A stretch of 55,190 bases of DNA, counting the filler, from a bacterium (GTDB lineage Bacteria > UBA9089 > CG2-30-40-21 > SBAY01): NCBI GenBank assembly GCA_040757115.1. It is 3 parts of 3 records of this genome, joined end to end, with 100 filler letters (N's around TTAATTAATTAA, not from the genome) between each part and the next. Parts side by side here need not be neighbours in the genome. Positions count along the whole stretch, not along the records: positions 36,904 to 55,190 come from JBFLYA010000068.1; 2 more parts are not named here. The stretch is one strand, 5' to 3'. Both the position numbers and the translations under genes were made by a program. Under the pieces are notes generated by a model that ran no database searches, was not told where the DNA came from, and was given only the letters and a program-made list of their open reading frames with translations. How positions within the stretch are numbered: position 1 is the stretch's first letter; each line of letters begins with the position of its first letter. Shown in pieces: positions 36,904-48,520 of the stretch.

Positions 36904-39900
36904 GCAAAGGTTCGACTTACATCTGCAGATACCTATACCTACTGGTTTGATGTAATCGATGGGTTAGGGATAAGTTATTCCACAGATAGATATGAATTTA
37001 AGGTTAGTCCAGCACAACTGCATCACTTAAATATCACTCCCAACAATGCTATTTTAGTAATAAATAGTGAGGTAGAGTTTGAAGTTATGGGGTATGATAC
37101 GTTTGGGAATCAGATAGCAGTAGATGGTGGAGAGTGGATGTTGGACAAAGATATTGGAACATTAACTCATACTTTTGGGTCAAAAACTACATTTATTGCG
37201 GGCGATAAAAAGGGAACGGGTAGCATTGGCTATTTACTTGCCCCTGATTACTCTGCCTTTGCCAGGATCGAGGTTGTTGAAAAAGGTCCGGTATATATCA
37301 AAGGTGGTGAGGTAAGTGGTCGATGGACGAAAGGTGGTAGTCCGTATGTCATTGTAGATAGTGTTTATGTGCCCAGTGGTAAGACATTAATAATCGAGCC
37401 AGGCGTAGTAGTCAAATTCCATTATTACATTGCTCAATGGAATGACGAGTTTTTAGACTGGCTAATTCCACCAGAGATAATCAGGCGAAATTTAACCGTG
37501 TATGGTAATTTGATAGCAGAAGGCACCGCACAGGAGCCGATTATATTTACCCCTATCTCAGACGAAGGAACATCTACACCAGAAGGAGGTGGGACATCTA
37601 CACCCTGTTTTGGTGATTGGGATAAACTCATATTTGAGCAAGGCTCTACTGGCAGACTTAAATATTGCCAGATAAAATATGCCGGTTATGCGGATTGGTG
37701 GTATAATGATATTATAAAGATAGAGCCAGCAGTGCTCATTAAATCCAGAGATGTTCAACTCTTTAATTGCAAAGTCACGAATGAAGATGGTATGGCACGA
37801 AAAAGTAGTCAACAATATGGGATAGGGATATTAATTGATGGGGTAATAGGTAATGATGATGAGATAGTTTTTCAGACCGAGGTAGTAAGATGTTGGGGGA
37901 GTATAGTTGTTAAGAATAGTCGCGGTGTAGAGGTAAATAATAATATAATTCGAGATGATGGTAATTTTGGGATACAGATATGTAACAGCTCTTTGATTAA
38001 GTTTTTAACAAATACGGTTACTACCTGTAGAGATGCGGCTTTTAGCCAGGATATATCCTCATCTGAAATAGAATATCATGGCAATAAAGCCTACAATGAA
38101 TTTAATTTAATCTGGTTAAGTGGTGAGATGCCAGAGGATAAAGAGATAGTATTAAAGAAGGCAGAGTTAAGTTATGGATTCAATTCTCTTAGTGTTCCTG
38201 TTGGTTCAACATTAAGGATAGAGCCAGGGGCTAAATTTGTTTTAGGTAGATTTGGGCATATAGAAGAGGAGATGAGGGATATAGGCAGGATGCAGATTGA
38301 GGGTCGGTTGATAGCCGAAGGGACACCGGAGGAAGAGATAGTTTTTGATAAAGGTAAATTTGGTAATTGGAATTACATTCAATTTAATGGACCATCTGCT
38401 TCAGGAAGCAGTTTAAGGTATTGTAAGATAATAGGTGGCGGCAGACGACCCAGCTCTATGACTGTAGGAGAAGGTAGCACCGTAGTAGGTAACTTATGGC
38501 TGATAAATGCAACACCGAAGATAGAATATTGTCAGATAATGGATTCAAAGTGGTATGATCAGGGTGGTGATGTGACTGTTGGTGGCTGGTGGGATTGTGG
38601 TATTCGATTACAGAATTTACCCCCGGGTTATGTTCTGGCTAATAATACTATCTCTAATTGTACTAAAGGGGTAGCCACATACAATTGCCCTTACCCACCA
38701 CTTATTGCCTCTAATACCTTGACTAATAATACCTATGTTTTCTATCAAGACCCAAATACATTGGCGGAGTATCACGGGAATGTATTTGAGGATAATGAGA
38801 ATTCAGTTATATTAACTGGCCGGGCTCCACGGGTGTATAACCCGGGGCCATTTGAACAGTGGGTTTTTACTGGTTGTGAGATTACCGTGCCGGAAATAGT
38901 CTGGAAACTTGCAGAATTGCCGTATGCCATAGATAATTTTATACGGGTAACAAAGGATTCAAGATTGATGATAGAACCAGGGGTAATAGTTAAACTCAAT
39001 GGTGCAACGATTGAAGTTCAGGGAAGTATGACTGCCCGGGGAACCGATGGGGCAAAAATAGTCTTTACCGGACTTAAGGATGATAATATTCCCCCGGGTG
39101 TTGGTGGTCGAATAAATTTCTTAGAAGATAGTGAGAGTGAATTAAAGTATTGTGTGATTGAATATGGTGATGGGCCTCAAACGACTGGTTTTGAAGCCGC
39201 GGTGCGAATTATTAAAGCCAGAAAGGTAGAAATAGGCAATTCCGTTATTAGCCATTGTAAATACGATGGGATACGGATGGAGAATACCTCAGTAATTATC
39301 TCTACGACTACTGTTTCTTATAATGGTTGGAATGGGATAATCTGTGAAAATTCCTCAGCAGTAATTCAAAATGGGACAATCAGTCATAACGGTAGTAGTC
39401 CTAAAGACCATTTTGGGATAATATGCAGGAAGAACTCTAAGGCGATTATTTCGAATAATGTGTTAAGTGATAATTTTGGATGTCCTCTGGGACAGGATAT
39501 AAATACATTTCCTGAATATAGAGATAATAAGATATTTGGGAATAAATATGATGCGGTTGGGATTATAGGTAAAGGTAATGAGATGAAGATTAGTGGCACC
39601 TGGACGAATTTCATAGGCACTCAAACCACATATTTCCTTTTTATGAGTGATATGAACATAATACTTCAAAGCGGGGTAACATTAGAGATAGAGCCTGGGG
39701 TAGAAATCAAGATGTACCCAATAGTAGAGTCGGGGTGGAATATGGGGGCTATTTATGTTCGAGGGAAACTAATTGCCAGTGGAACGAAAGACAGACCGAT
39801 TGTTTTTACCTCTTTCTATGATGGGAATAATGAAAAAATCTGGCATTGGAATGGGATAGTATTTGAGAATGGGGTGGGGACAATGACTTACTGCACCGTA

Positions 39901-42824
39901 AAGTTTGGAAGGATAGGGATAATTGGAAATGTCTCGCCGAGTATCCGGAATTGTTATATCTCAAAAGGAGACAGCTGTGGAATGTATTTAAAGGAACAGG
40001 CTAATCCTGTTATTGAAAATAGTATTATTACGGATAACCCGGTTGGATTAAAACTCGACAATGCCTCAGCAACTATATCTACCTGCACCATCTCTTATAA
40101 TTCAGAGCATGGAATAGTCTGTAATAATTCATCTCCCGTGATTCAAAATGGGACGATAAGTTATAATGGCACTTCATCACAAGAGTATCATGGGATAAAG
40201 TGTGAAAAATATTCTAATCCATATATCCTGGGAAATAATATAAGTTATAATGGTGGTTGTCCTGTGCTCCAGGATTTAAACTCATTCCCCAGGTATAGGG
40301 ATAATAAGATATTTGGGAATAAATATGATGCGGTTGGGATTATAGGTAAAGGTAATGAGATGAAGATTAGTGGCACCTGGACGAATTTCATAGGCACTCA
40401 AACCACATATTTCCTTTTTATGAGTGNNNNNNNNNNNNNNNNNNNNNNNNNNNNNNNNNNNNNNNNNNNNNNNNNNNNNNNNNNNNNNNNNNNNNNNNNN
40501 NNNNNNNNNNNNNNNNNNNNNNNNNNGTAGAAATCAAGATGTACCCAATAGTAGAGTCGGGGTGGAATATGGGGGCTATTTATGTTCGAGGGAAACTAAT
40601 TGCCAGTGGAACGAAAGACAGACCGATTGTTTTTACCTCTTTCTATGATGGGAGTAATGAAAAAATCTGGCATTGGAATGGGATAGTATTTGAGAATGGG
40701 GCGGGGACAATGACTTACTGCACCGTAAAGTTTGGAGGGATAGGGATGATTGGAAATGCCTCGCCGAGTATCCGAAATTGTTATATTTCAGATGTAAATG
40801 GGGTGGGGATAGTTTTTATGAAAGATAGCTATGGTAGTCCTATTATTCAGGATAATATTATCACCAATAATTCAAAGGGAATTGAGATTATATTCCCTTA
40901 TAGTGGTGTTCCGAGAATCAAGCGTAATTTCATCTATAATAATCGGGAATGGGGATTGAGGCTCGATAGTTATTATGAGGCACCAAAGGGAACGCTGTCG
41001 GTAACAGATAATTGGTGGGGACATCCAACAGGACCTTACCATTCCCAATATAATCCGCAAGGTAAAGGGGATAAAATACAGGGAGCAAAGGTTATGTTTG
41101 ACCCGTGGATAGGGAAAGACTTTGTTATTACTCCGAGTAGTGGGACTGTAGGTAGTTTAGTTAGTATCGGTGGGCGAGGATTAGAGGCATCAATAGGTAT
41201 ATGGATATTATTTGGCAATAGTGGGACTATCTCCTGGATGACTACTAATGCGGAGGGTTCATTTACGGCTAATTGGACGGTACCTGTTGAGAAGGCGGGA
41301 AAGAAGGAGATAGCCCTCTTATATCCTGAATTAGGTAAAGGGATGATAGGTAAGATGTTATTAACCTATTTTGATATTTTAGCTGAAGAGATAGCCTATT
41401 TAAAGATTACGCCTGGATCGATGACTATAGGGTGTGGAGGTAGTTATGATTTTGAGGCACAGGGATATGATAAATGGGGAAATCCGTTAGCCAATTTAAA
41501 TTATGCATGGCAAATATCATCTGATTTAGGTACTATTTCACCAACATCAGGTTACTGGACAATATTTAAAGCAGGAACGAGAGCAGTTACAGGTACAATT
41601 ACTGCTACATCAGGGTCAATTACAGGAAATGCTCTTATTACCTTATCTGCTACTCCACCACAATATCCGATGAGCGGGACAATAGTATTTTTAAGTGGAG
41701 AGGTTGATAAAGGAGAGATATGGCTAATGAAGGCAGATGGAAGTCAACTTCAGAAGGTAAATATACAGCAGATAAAAGCACCATATTATCCAAAACTATC
41801 AAAGGATGCAAAATCTCTAATTTATGGGGTAGGAGGGTCTGAATGGGCAGGAACTTTATACTTAAAGGATTTGATGAGTGGGAATGAAATAGTCTTACAA
41901 CCATACGAAGTAATAATTGCTAAAGGTTGGGATTGGAATACTAAAGGGGATAGAATTTATTATCATTATTATGGTCCTTCCCAGTATAACGGTTCCGATA
42001 ATTGTGTCAACTATTGGATATCTCCAGATGGGATAAAAAAGGGAAGGTTATTAGAAGATGGGACGAACAGAAGTCTACCTGCGGTAAATCCCGATGAGAA
42101 TTTATTACTGCTTAGAGGGTGGAGACAGATTAGACTTTTTGATTTAATAACAGATACAAAGATATATAATGAGCGGATGCTATTAGATGGAGTTAAGAAA
42201 GAAACTGAAGCACGATTTTCACCAAATGGTAAACGGATTGGATATATTGATGAGGCAGAAAGTAATCTTTGGTTGATAAGTATTGATGGAAAGATAAATC
42301 GGAAAATAACGAATAATGGTAGTGTTACTTATTTTTCATTCTCACCCGATGGGACAAGATTAATTTATTCAAGAAATGGTGACTTATGGACGATAAATAT
42401 AGATGGGACAGGAGAGCAAAATATTACCAATACACCTGATATACAGGAGCGGCAGGTAGATTGGGTAGCAGGGATAGCACCTGTTTTTAGCCAGGAAATG
42501 CCTAAACCAGCACCAATATTAATTAAGGAGATAAATGGTTATCCAGCGGATTTAACTGGTGCCTATGTTTATCCCAATCCAACTGATGGGAGTAAATTAG
42601 TCTTTGCTGGCTTAACACAAAATGTCAGGATACGGGTATTTACGGTAGCAGGGGAGGAGGTGTTTGAAATAGATATTGTCGAACCCAATATTCCCGAGCC
42701 AGGTAAATGGCGATGGAACTGTCGAGGTTCACAAGGACAAAGACTTGCCTCAGGGATATACATATACCTGATTACTAATGAGTTGGGACAGAAAAAAGTA
42801 GGGAAATTGGGGATTGTAAGGTAG
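36904..42824 (+). CDS. Giant exported protein (5'-partial, spans the N gap): beta-helix repeats, Ig-like domains, TolB-like propeller, FlgD/T9SS-like C-terminal domain
   Basis: Frame open from 36904; IEPG..L.A.GT....I.FT repeats; NWWGHPTGP; FSPNG/FSPDG; VYPNP...LASGIYIY...GKLGIVR; ORFs 37087 and 40539 rejoin through the internal duplication. Confidence 0.8.
39521..40787 (+). repeat. About 440-bp near-identical intragenic duplication
   Basis: 39521-39960 recurs at 40299-40426 plus 40527-40787. Confidence 0.85.
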
Positions 42825-42829
42825 GATAA

Positions 42830-43045
42830 AATTCGGATTGCGGATTTGGGATTTTGGATTTAAATTCTGAATCCCGAACCTCGATTTTTGGTGGTGTCTT
42901 AATCTCTGGTGTTTCGTGAATTTTTTATGATTTCTTTTGCCTTTAATCTTTGCGTTCTTTGCGGTTGATTTCTTTGTGTTCTTTGCGATTAAAAAAGGAT
43001 AAATCGCAAAGGGCACAAAGTAGTAACGCAAAGGACACAAAGGGA
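42830..43045. repeat. Heptamer and nonamer inverted repeat cluster
   Basis: GGATTT(G/T) tract; CTTTGCGTT / CGCAAAG arrays as at 34143. Confidence 0.65.
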
Positions 43046-43253
43046 AGAAAATAGGTAAAACATTTTTTATCAACTCAACTTCAAAGGATAAGTTGCAAAA
43101 AAATCATCAGGCTTTTGAGTCTAATTTTGCCATCTTTGAACAAAATAAACAGATTGATAAGGATAAAGAGAGCTTTAGATAGCCTCAATAGTAGCATAAA
43201 ATTTACGAAAGTTCAGATAAATAAAAAAAAATAAAATTATGGTGATAAAATTC

Positions 43254-43282
43254 TTGACAAATAATTGTGGATATGATATTAT
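43254..43282 (+). promoter_or_regulatory. sigma70-like promoter of pil operon
   Basis: TTGACA-N17-TATTAT. Confidence 0.6.
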
Positions 43283-43355
43283 TTATTCCTAATCATAAAA
43301 TAAAATCGTTTGACAGAAAAACAAGTAATAACCAGCAGGGAGGAAATTTAAGATA

Positions 43356-44459
43356 ATGTTGTGGGGAAGAGAAAAAGTACCAGTAGGATTAGATATTAGT
43401 CATGATTGTATCAAGGTGGTTAAACTCAGAAGAACCGATAGTAAAATAATCCTGGATGCAATTGGTATGACCAAAATCTCTCCAGAACCATTAGATGAAG
43501 ATGCCTTAGGGGCTAAACAGGAATTATCGGTTAAAGCTATTAAAAATTTACTCGTAACTCATAAAATCGATACTAAAAAAGTGCGAAGTTCTGTTTCGGG
43601 GAATTCAGTGGTAGTTAGATATATCAAACTTCCTTATATGAGTGAAACAGAATTGAAAGATGTTATCAAATTTGAGGCGGAAGAACATATTCCTTTTGAT
43701 ATTGAACATGTAATTATAGATTTCCAGATAATTAAAGAAACCGTAGAAAAAGACGAACGAATGATATTAGTCTTATTAGTTGCGGCTAAAGAAGAGTTAA
43801 TTTATGACCATATGGAGATATTACATCGAGCCGGATTAGAAACTGTTCATATCAATGTAGATACCTTTGCCACTGAAGACGCTCTGACTTACGGGGTAGG
43901 AGAAGAAGATGTTATTGCCTTAGTTGATATAGGTGCCCGTATGACTAATATCAATGTGGTTGAAAATAAAATCTCCTGCTTTAATCGGGATGTCCTGGTT
44001 GGCGGTAACGACTTTACAGAGGGTATTAGAAGAGAATTAGGAGTAAGTTTTCAAGAAGCGGAAAAGATAAAGGAAGAAGAAGGAATAATCCTTTTACCAG
44101 AAGAAATTACCACGGCTGTTACTCCTGCTGTAAGTGGGAGTGATAAAGCCGCACAAATATCTTATGCGATTGAATCTGTCGGGGCAAGATTATTAGATGA
44201 ATTAGAGCGTTCTTTTGCGTATTATTATACTCAATTACCTGTTTATCGTAAAAATATCGACCGAGTAATTATAAGCGGTGGAAGTGCAAAACTTGCTAAT
44301 CTTGATAATTTCCTCTCAAATGGATTAGGAATGTCTGTGGTGATAGGAGACCCTTTTGCGAAAATATCTATCCCTCCAAAGTTCGATCAAACATATATCA
44401 AGAAAGTATCTCCCGCATTCGCGGTCTCATTAGGGTTGGCGATGAAAGGAGTAATGTGA
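43356..44459 (+). CDS. pilM: Type IV pilus assembly protein PilM
   Basis: VGLDIS, EAEEHIPF, LVDIGA, GGNDFT, SGGSA. Confidence 0.92.
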   Translation: MLWGREKVPVGLDISHDCIKVVKLRRTDSKIILDAIGMTKISPEPLDEDALGAKQELSVKAIKNLLVTHKIDTKKVRSSVSGNSVVVRYIKLPYMSETELKDVIKFEAEEHIPFDIEHVIIDFQIIKETVEKDERMILVLLVAAKEELIYDHMEILHRAGLETVHINVDTFATEDALTYGVGEEDVIALVDIGARMTNINVVENKISCFNRDVLVGGNDFTEGIRRELGVSFQEAEKIKEEEGIILLPEEITTAVTPAVSGSDKAAQISYAIESVGARLLDELERSFAYYYTQLPVYRKNIDRVIISGGSAKLANLDNFLSNGLGMSVVIGDPFAKISIPPKFDQTYIKKVSPAFAVSLGLAMKGVM

Positions 44460-44463
44460 ACCG

Positions 44464-45003
44464 ATGACAGAAATTAATTTGATGCCACCGGTAGTGGTAG
44501 AAAAGAAAAAAGGACAATGGCGAAATGTATTTATTGGATTAATACTTAGTCTCATAGTCGTATCATTAGGTCTCTGGTATGCAGGACTTGTAATCAAGGT
44601 AAAACAAAAGGAGGCAAAATTAGAAAAGATTACACAGCAAATTGCTGAATTACAACCACATCTGATAGAAATAAGACGATTAGAGGCTGAAATTATTGAA
44701 AAAAAGAAACGAGTAGATGTAATTGTCCAATTAGATAAAGGTAGATTTGTTTGGGCTAAATTGTTAGACGAAATGGTTATGTGTCTTCCATCAGGACTCT
44801 GGTTGGGAGGATTTGTAAATACCACAGGCAATGAATTAAATTTGAACGGACAGGCTTTTGATAACTTCTCTATCGCAAGATTTATGAGTAATTTAATAAA
44901 TTCACAGATTTTTACAAATATAACATTAGGAAACATTGAAAGTTCAGCTATTAGAGAATATCCGATTAAAACTTTTTCTATCAAATGTAATTTTAGAGGA
45001 TAA
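44464..45003 (+). CDS. pilN: Type IV pilus assembly protein PilN
   Basis: INLMP motif, TM, coiled coil, PSGLWL. Confidence 0.88.
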   Translation: MTEINLMPPVVVEKKKGQWRNVFIGLILSLIVVSLGLWYAGLVIKVKQKEAKLEKITQQIAELQPHLIEIRRLEAEIIEKKKRVDVIVQLDKGRFVWAKLLDEMVMCLPSGLWLGGFVNTTGNELNLNGQAFDNFSIARFMSNLINSQIFTNITLGNIESSAIREYPIKTFSIKCNFRG

Positions 45004-45005
45004 CA

Positions 45006-45560
45006 ATGAAACTTGATATACAAATTTTAAAACCTATTCTTCTATCTTTAATATTATTGTGTGGACTTGCTTACCTATTCTTTACCTATATGTATAAGCC
45101 TATATGTAATAAAGACTTAGAATTAGACCAGAAAATACTGGCAAAAGAAACGGAATTAAGAGAAACCCTGAAAATAGTAGAGAATTTAGATGCAAAAAGG
45201 GCAGAATTTGAAAAGGTAAAATCAGAGCTCGAATATGTCATTAATCGATTACCGACTAAAGAAGAAATACCCCAATTATTAGAGACAATAACTAAAATGG
45301 CAATAAAATCAAATATTAATTTGATTTCTTTTAGACCAGAATCTATGGTAACTAAAGAAGTCTATAATGAAATTCCGGTAGGACTACATATCAAAGGAAC
45401 ATATCATGATATAGGGTTGTTTTTAACTAATATTGGAAATTTTGAGAGAATTATTACTCCATCTAGTATTAAGATGAATGCGGTAATTGCAACGGAAAAA
45501 GATCCATCTACCACCACAGCAGATATGCGTATTACTGCCTTTGTCTATAAAGAACATTAA
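45006..45560 (+). CDS. pilO: Type IV pilus assembly protein PilO
   Basis: LPTKEEIPQLL, GTYHDIGLFL. Confidence 0.9.
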   Translation: MKLDIQILKPILLSLILLCGLAYLFFTYMYKPICNKDLELDQKILAKETELRETLKIVENLDAKRAEFEKVKSELEYVINRLPTKEEIPQLLETITKMAIKSNINLISFRPESMVTKEVYNEIPVGLHIKGTYHDIGLFLTNIGNFERIITPSSIKMNAVIATEKDPSTTTADMRITAFVYKEH

Positions 45561-45602
45561 AAATGGAATATCTAATTTCTACCAGAAATCATAGGGAAAA
45601 TA

Positions 45603-46151
45603 ATGAAAATGAAGCGTAAATTTTTTATCTTAAGTTTAATCTGTGGGCTAAGTCTAATTATCGGTTGTGCGAAGAAAGAGGAAAAAAAGGTAGTTGTTCT
45701 ACCTCCACAAATTCCGATAGCAAAACCAGAGATGTATATTCCAGAAAAATATGAATACAAATCCGCTCTAACACGGGACCCATTTGTTCCTTTAATTGTT
45801 AGTGAAGTAAAACCTGTGGCTGGAGATAAAGGTTTAAAGTTATCAGAAATAAATATCCTTAATTTAGAATTGTCGGGTATCATCTGGGATAAAAAAGAAA
45901 TAATGGCTCTTTTTCACGATGGAAATCATTTTGGATATATCCTTAAAAAGGGGAATTTGTATGCGGATAACTATAGACCAATTGCAGGTATTTGGGGTAA
46001 ATTTATAAAAAATAGAGAGGTCTTTTTACAACAGGGAAAAACAGAAGTTAACTTTTTTATAGGGAAACCTAAAATAACAAAGATAAAAGGAGCCGCAATA
46101 GGAGCTCAACAAGAAATGGAAGAAATTCCATCAGAAGAAACTAAACTTTAA
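45603..46151 (+). CDS. pilP: PilP-like lipoprotein
   Basis: Lipobox IIGC, RDPFVP, LELSGIIW; position in operon. Confidence 0.7.
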   Translation: MKMKRKFFILSLICGLSLIIGCAKKEEKKVVVLPPQIPIAKPEMYIPEKYEYKSALTRDPFVPLIVSEVKPVAGDKGLKLSEINILNLELSGIIWDKKEIMALFHDGNHFGYILKKGNLYADNYRPIAGIWGKFIKNREVFLQQGKTEVNFFIGKPKITKIKGAAIGAQQEMEEIPSEETKL

Positions 46152-46169
46152 AAAAAGGAGTGATTAAAA

Positions 46170-48242
46170 TTGAAAAAATTAACCCAATTATATTTAATTT
46201 TTACCTTAATTATCCTTCCTGCATTAGCGATGGCAGCGATGAGTTTGATGGATATTAAAGTAAGTGAAGAGGATGCGAAAATAAGGATAAATATTATCAC
46301 GGATAAACCGATGGTAAAATATAATTCCTTTACTGCGGATAAACCCCCGGCGATTGTTATTGAACTTGATAATACTCAATGTGCAGAAAAAGAATTAATC
46401 ATTGGCCGTAATGGTATCAACCGAATTAATTGTATCCCACAAGAAGGTCCTAAGACAAAGATAGTAATTAGCATTATTAAAGTCTTTCCCTACGAGATTC
46501 AACAAGTAAAAAATAGGCTTGAAGTGATAATTGATAATCCCTATCATAGTTATCAACTCAATAAGATAGATGTAAAAGAGGATGAGTCCAAAATAAATCT
46601 ATTAATTTCATCAAGCGCTACACCTCAATATAAATATTTTGACCTGGCTAATCCCACACGGATTATTGTTGATTTCCTTAATGCCACGAATAAAATAGGG
46701 GAAATTAAAACAACCAGTAAGTTTATTAAGAGTATCACTCCAGGTCAAAGGCAAACAGAGCCAGTAAAGGTAGCCAGGGTTATGGTTGAATTAACAGAAT
46801 TTATGCCATATCAAGTTGTTAGTGATGAAAATCAGGTAACGCTTGAATTGACTAAATACCCGCTGGAGGAGGTAAAGAAAATTACTCCTGTTTCTACAAA
46901 AGAGACTCCAAAAGAAATATTACCAGAAATTAAAATGACACCCCCAATAGCAAAGAAATTACCCACAAAGGAAATAAAAGAAAAGGAAAAACCTGCATTA
47001 CCGGAAATTAAAGAGGTAAAAAAACCTGTGGAATCTAAACCTGTTCTACCTAAAACAAAACCCGAAGAAGAAAGAAAAGAAGAGATGTTATCTTTAGATT
47101 TTAAAGACGCTGATATACTTGATGTTTTGAGAATTATTGCTCATAAAGTCGGAATGAATGTTTTACCAGGAAAAGAGGTAAAGGGGGTTGTTACGGTTAA
47201 ATTAGAGAATGTTTCATGGCGCAAGGCGTTAGATTTGATTTTAAGAAACTTAGGTTATGCATATATTATTGATGATAATATCATTCGTGTTGATATACCA
47301 ACATTACTCTTAGGAGAAACTACAACACGAATATTTAAACTTAATTATGCGAAAGCATCAGACATGGCAGGAATAGTTATGAATATGATGACGACCCTAT
47401 CCACTCAGCAGGCAAAACAAATGGGTGGGGCAGCACCTATGCTGGGAACAGTTATCCAGGATGCAAGAACGAATGCCCTCATTGTGACCGATATCCCTTA
47501 TAATGTAAATCAGGTGGCGGGAATAATTGAAAAGTTAGACACCATTACACCTCAGGTGATGATTGAAGCCAAAATTGTCGAGGTAACATTAGATACGAAA
47601 AATATGTTTGGATTTATGTGGTCAATAGAAGATAAAAGACACAATTTTGCTGTTGGGAGTTATCAGACTGAAGGTTGGGCAATGGGTGATAGGGGTGAAT
47701 TTTTATATTCTAAACTTACCTCTGGACATAATATAGAAGCTCTTATTAATGGTTTGGTGATTGAAGGAAAGGCAAATGTCCTCTCTACTCCTAAAATATT
47801 AGCCTTAGATAATGAAAAGGCAGAAATAATTGTAGGAGAAGATATCCCTTATCAACAGACGCAAGAAAGTGAACAAGGAAAAATTTTAACCAGTGTTAGT
47901 TTTCGCGAGGTAGGCATAAAGTTAGCCGTTACCCCGCACATTAATCCGGATAATTATATCCTTTTAGATGTAAAACCAGAGGTTAGCTCTTTGAAAGAAT
48001 GGGCTTATCAAATGCCAGTAATATCTACAAAAGAGGCTACTTCCAAATTGGTTGTGAAAGACGGAGATACAGTTGTTATTGGTGGAATTATTGATGACCA
48101 GGGCACAGAAAAACTTAATAAAGTTCCATTCTTTGGTGACCTGCCATTTGTTGGTTCTTTATTCCGCAAAAAACTGACCGAAAATCGAAAGATAGAACTT
48201 CTCATATTTATTACTCCAACGATAATAAAACCCACCATCTGA
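46170..48242 (+). CDS. pilQ: Type IV pilus secretin with AMIN domains
   Basis: SLDFKDADI, QVMIEAKIVE, KVPFFGDLPFVGSLFR, ELLIFITP. Confidence 0.92.
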   Translation: MKKLTQLYLIFTLIILPALAMAAMSLMDIKVSEEDAKIRINIITDKPMVKYNSFTADKPPAIVIELDNTQCAEKELIIGRNGINRINCIPQEGPKTKIVISIIKVFPYEIQQVKNRLEVIIDNPYHSYQLNKIDVKEDESKINLLISSSATPQYKYFDLANPTRIIVDFLNATNKIGEIKTTSKFIKSITPGQRQTEPVKVARVMVELTEFMPYQVVSDENQVTLELTKYPLEEVKKITPVSTKETPKEILPEIKMTPPIAKKLPTKEIKEKEKPALPEIKEVKKPVESKPVLPKTKPEEERKEEMLSLDFKDADILDVLRIIAHKVGMNVLPGKEVKGVVTVKLENVSWRKALDLILRNLGYAYIIDDNIIRVDIPTLLLGETTTRIFKLNYAKASDMAGIVMNMMTTLSTQQAKQMGGAAPMLGTVIQDARTNALIVTDIPYNVNQVAGIIEKLDTITPQVMIEAKIVEVTLDTKNMFGFMWSIEDKRHNFAVGSYQTEGWAMGDRGEFLYSKLTSGHNIEALINGLVIEGKANVLSTPKILALDNEKAEIIVGEDIPYQQTQESEQGKILTSVSFREVGIKLAVTPHINPDNYILLDVKPEVSSLKEWAYQMPVISTKEATSKLVVKDGDTVVIGGIIDDQGTEKLNKVPFFGDLPFVGSLFRKKLTENRKIELLIFITPTIIKPTI

Positions 48243-48248
48243 TTTTTT

Positions 48249-48520
48249 GTAACCGTTCACCGCAAGATGCCACAGAGACGCAGAGAAAAAATTAAAAACT
48301 ATTTACCATAAGCTTCATTCCATCTCTGATTTTCATCAGAGCAAGCTTTTTGAGGACTGACATCTCATGATTGATTAACAATTTGGTTTTGATGTCCTAT
48401 GTATTGCAATGATTGCCTCAATAATCTTTTCTATTATCTGATTTATTTCCATGTCTTCTCCGTTCCTCTGCGTCTCTGCGGTAAATTACCACCTGAACGG
48501 TTACTGCGGTGAACGGTTAC
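48249..48520. repeat. GxxExxY-derived mini-element between convergent pilQ and hflX
   Basis: GTAACCGTTCAC...TGAACGGTTAC ends; - strand MEINQIIEKIIEAIIAIHRT (ATG 48452) and RDGMKLMVNSF* (stop 48292). Confidence 0.85.
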
